Origin: Dimorphilus gyrociliatus
Taxonomy: Eukaryota > Animalia > Annelida
Length of the DNA stretch: 64,000 nt
Assembly (NCBI GenBank): GCA_904063045.1
Contig: CAJFCJ010000013.1
Location: forward strand, 540,156-604,155
Direction: 5' to 3'
The number at the start of each line of letters is the position of its first letter. Positions within the stretch are counted from its first letter, which is position 1. Under the pieces are notes generated by a model. The model saw only the letters and a program-made list of their open reading frames with translations, was not told the DNA's origin and did not search any database. Both the position numbers and the translations under genes were made by a program. Shown here piece by piece: positions 59,902 through 64,000 of this stretch.

Positions 59902-60778
59902 TCATTGACCCCCGTTGTAGGAATAGTCAGCCTTGTTGTGCATTACCAAACGATCATCAACAAAGTAGAAACTATCGGAACGTGTTTCATATGGACTGGA
60001 GACCATTTCGTTAACTGTAATAAACAGTTTTATATTACATAATTAGTATAATGCATATCGAATAACATTAAAGGTAAATAATAAATATGCTACGTTGAAT
60101 AGAATCTTACTTTGTTCTTGAGTAAGTTGCGGAAATTCGTAGATATGTTCGACAGAATTGCGACTGTTCGGAATGCAAAAACCAAATTCAAAATCAAAAC
60201 TTTTGAGCAGTTGATCACGAAAATAATGTCTTTCTATCATTCGAAATTTACTAATTGGTTTATCACCAATCGAAAACTCCACAGTTGCACCGACAAGTTT
60301 CAACTTCAGAAAAGACGGTGTAAATTGATAACGTATGAAACGACCGCCATTCGGATCTTCGTCCGTGGCGTTACCTTGACTTGAATCTAAATATAAAAAT
60401 TTCAATTTACATACCTTATACATGGGAATGCGATTAACGTGCAATTTCAATTTTACCTGGTGTCTCCGGTTTGCATACTTCAAATAAGACATTTCCACTG
60501 TCGATGTCGCGAAGCTTAAAACGTGTAAAGTCGATATTGTAGATATTTGCTTCTGGCGAACATAAGTACTCTATTAGGGAAGAAAATAATTAGCTGTGCA
60601 AAAGTCAGTTATTAGAATAACGCTCACTTTCTGTAATCTTAGTAAGTTGACTAACGTCATCAACAGTTATAAACGGTTTCTTAAGCAATTCATCTTCACT
60701 AAGTGGTTTTGCCTTTGCTTTACGCGAAAGGAAACCTTCGTTTTTCTTTTTTCCACTTTTTACACTTCCCAAACTCAT
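59902..60778 (-). CDS. UNC119: UNC-119 homolog
   Basis: [24 protein letters not shown]...[30 protein letters not shown]; the last exon ends [11 protein letters not shown]. Confidence 0.95.
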
Positions 60779-62709
60779 TTCAAACTGAAAAATGATAAAG
60801 AAATTTCTTATTCAACCAGGTAATTATTTAGTGAAAAATTTATTGAAACAAGCTCTACATTTATAAAACGAACTAATAGAAAATATAAAAATTTCTTACA
60901 ATCTCAGTCGATAACTAGCAGCTACAAACAACAAATAATTGGTTCAAACAAATTCCGTAAGTCTTTTCTAGAATGAAAAATGGCAGCGGCGGGACTGTCT
61001 AAAATATGGTAAGAGTTAACCCGAACTCACCTAATCAACAGTTGTACATTTTTATTTATTTAAAAATTATCTTTTTTAATTAAACAATGTACTCCTTTAC
61101 ATGAAAAAAAAATAACTCCATAAAAATGCGATCTACTAGACTATCTAGACTATTAAATATAATTATATACAGCATATATACATATTATTAAAAATACAAA
61201 AAAAAAAATAATAAAATCATAATAATACGAAAGTCTCTAACAGTCAACTGTGTTTTTGTACAACAAAATTTTAATTATAGGAAACTGGTTAGGTTGAAAT
61301 AATACCATAACATTTTTCACCTTTAGTTAAGGTTGTAAGAAACGTTTTCATTCACCTTTTTATATTTGATGTGATCAAGACTCTCTTCAGTAGCTTTCTA
61401 TTTCTATCTCAATCGCCGTACGTGTGTTGGATATTAATTAAGAAGGTATTAAATAGAGATACTTTTTTATTGAAAGATTAGTAGCAAAGCTTAATAAGAT
61501 TAATTAATTTAAAAGATTATAAAAGTGACTTTATTAAACATTGCCTCTATTATAGTTAGTTTTACGGATCAAATATTATGTATTATATTACAATGATTAT
61601 AAAAATAATGGCAATTTTTATACATATTGTGCTTAAAATTTGAGTTAGGATATGACGAATAATTTCCAAATAAGGATACTATATGGGACACGTGAGGTAG
61701 CTTGAGCTTTAGAATTCACCTACCGATAGATGGCGAAAAAACCCGCTGTAAAGGTGTTGTAATTACACCGCTTGATGGCGTCTATCAACGTATCCTTCCG
61801 GATATCTATTTCCTAAACTTTCCACAATTTTGTTGAATAATAGGTAAGTCCTTTTAAATTATATTCCATTAAATAATAAAAAATTGATTCTATCAATAAT
61901 CCGGCGTCAAATCAGGCTCCATAAAGGTATCGTATAGGTAAAATAACCTTGTTCGTGCAGAACACTCTTTGTGCCCTCAATAATCAGAAATAGGAAAGAA
62001 TTACACCTCAATAAAAGTATTTGTTGAAAGCAATAGGAATGTTGTATGAATTGCATTCTTACTTTTTTTTTTTAAATTACGATCAAATAGTTTTAATAGA
62101 AAAATATCACTGGTTACCTACGCCTACCTGGAACTAACGAAACTGTTGTTTTCAATATGGCGGATTGTATACAAAAAAGATCTAACGTCTTCCGTTACAT
62201 TTAAAGCGTCGGTCGTAGTGATTAAATGAAGTTTTAAGTATATCGAATAGTCTATTGATAAAGCTTATCTGAAATAAGCGCTGTTTTATTCAGTGCATAT
62301 TCTCTTCTCATTCTCAACTTGTTCGTTTACACTGCGTAATCGTACTTGGCTGTCTTTACAAAAGCAATTCAACAGTAATAGATATAATACTTTTATTGGA
62401 AACTTATCAATAGTACTGTTTGCCTTATCGATGATTGATAAGAGTAATTTTCAACGCGTCAGGTTTATGAATCATTGTTAATAAAGTAAGAAATTCTACC
62501 TGATACCTGTACATCTGGAACCACTGTAAAACTATGTGATTAAAATAAGACATAACAATTTCGAAATCCTTTCTTACCTTTCCGTGACTTGTCTTACAAT
62601 TGTTAAAACCTGTTGTTGAATTTTCCTTTTTTAACAGGCCTACAGATATAGTACAGAAGAATTTGAAAGGATTAAAAAATAATAACAACAAATTTTCATA
62701 TATAACGAG

Positions 62710-63657
62710 ATGCCTGGCGTTTATGACGCCCCTTCTACAGAATACATATCTCAAGACGCCAATCAAAACGACGAGACACAGAAAATTTTACGTTCGGTAA
62801 AAGAACAGGTAAGTTTCTTTTTAAGCATTCCATTCTTTCTAACAAAAATAACTAAATAGGCTTAATTAAGGTTAGGAAAAAGGTTTTTTTTTGTTAAATT
62901 GTACGGCTTTCAAACTTTTTCCTCCTCCCATTTCCCGTTCTACCTCTAACCTTATACCGCTACCCCCTCTCCTTCCTCCCCGCTGATATTTTACTTTTCT
63001 AACGCTGGGCACCCACGCGTGAATTAAGTAAATAGGGTTGGACTGACGTAGCGCGTAAAAAATATAATATAATTTGTTTATGTAGCATTGATCGCATTCA
63101 CTGCCTTCTCTTAAAAAACGTTATAGTTAAAGGTGCCGCATCGCCTCGTTTACTTTCCTTCTTTAAACTCCTAAGAACATACAATTCTATCTCTTCTTCT
63201 ATTTATTTAATATTTAAAAGAATAGTGTAAATATTAATATTGTAATTATCTATTTACGTAGCTAACTTCCCAGTTTTTGTATTAAATCAGCTAAATTGCA
63301 AACTATATTGTATAATTAAAAAACAAAACAAAAAACAAAAAAGATTTTCTATTTGAGTGAGCTTTTGTGTGAATGATGCATGGTGCAGGAAGAGCAATTT
63401 GAACAACTGACGAGAGAACTAGAAGCGGAAAGACAAAGCGTCGCTCAACAGATCGAAAAATGCAAATTGGGATCGGAAACAGCCAGTATGAACAGCATTT
63501 CGGAAACGGATGAGAGTTATCCATGGAGAGCGCCTACACATACATCTCATACATCGACATCCGGTCATATAACGAATCAACTTCCACCTCCTATTGCTGA
63601 AGAGGAGAGCGACGCTGACAGTAAATTAAGCGGAACACAGCTAGTTGATTCTTATTT
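62710..63657 (+). CDS. CTNND2: Delta-catenin/p120-family protein, first coding exons (partial; presumably continues beyond the window)
   Basis: Exon 62710-62808 ending ILRSVKEQ spliced to 63389-63657 [34 protein letters not shown], the N-terminal coiled-coil signature of CTNND2/PKP4/ARVCF. Confidence 0.85.
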
Positions 63658-64000
63658 GTACGTCTTTTATCTAAATAGTATTTCTTCTCTCTACCATCTA
63701 TCACTCTTAGTCTTTTCCGTAAATTATCTCTTTTTTGCGTGTGCAGAGACGCAACAAGAGTCTATGAGCACAAAATTCCTCGTGCATGATGATTGTAGTG
63801 GCCTAAAGCTTAGAGTTTTATTTTTAAAAGAAAAAAAAAAGCGTGATTTTTAAAGAAGCAGATCTTCAATTCCTTAATTTTTTTCTTTATCATACCAAAG
63901 GGTATTATAATTTATAAACACTATCTCATGTTTTTTTTTCTTTTCCTACTAATAGATTTCGCTCACACTTTTCCATGATCCCTTTTAAAACTTTTTGAAT

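Noticed and set aside
62920-62985. C-rich tract in the delta-catenin intron as a G-quadruplex on the minus strand
   Set aside because: G-runs are irregular and mostly two guanines long; there is no support beyond composition.

Overview
AT-rich animal (invertebrate-type) nuclear DNA with very short GT-AG introns (about 45-75 bp), in three zones. (1) Two clusters of 8 identical 118-nt 5S rRNA genes each (241-5841 and 36986-44131). The genes lie in mixed orientations with unequal spacers, and each has T(A/T)TAAATAG at -30. Several spacer blocks are duplicated between the clusters with breakpoints inside the 5S genes. (2) A 30.7-kb accessory island (6047-36784) between inward-facing inverted 5S+flank copies. 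It holds three decayed BEL/Pao LTR retrotransposons, three Tc1/mariner relics, three 5S relics, three divergent paralogous RING + beta-rich-domain genes, a secreted trefoil-domain gene and small orphan genes. (3) A compact housekeeping block from 44.6 kb: TMEM192, beta-glucuronidase, a WD40 gene, AP-1/AP-2 beta adaptin, VPS37, UNC119 and the 5' part of a delta-catenin/p120-family gene. Gene identities come from recognising translated motifs by eye; no database search was possible. The strongest candidates for something undescribed are the 5S-anchored spacer shuffling around the island and the RING family inside it.
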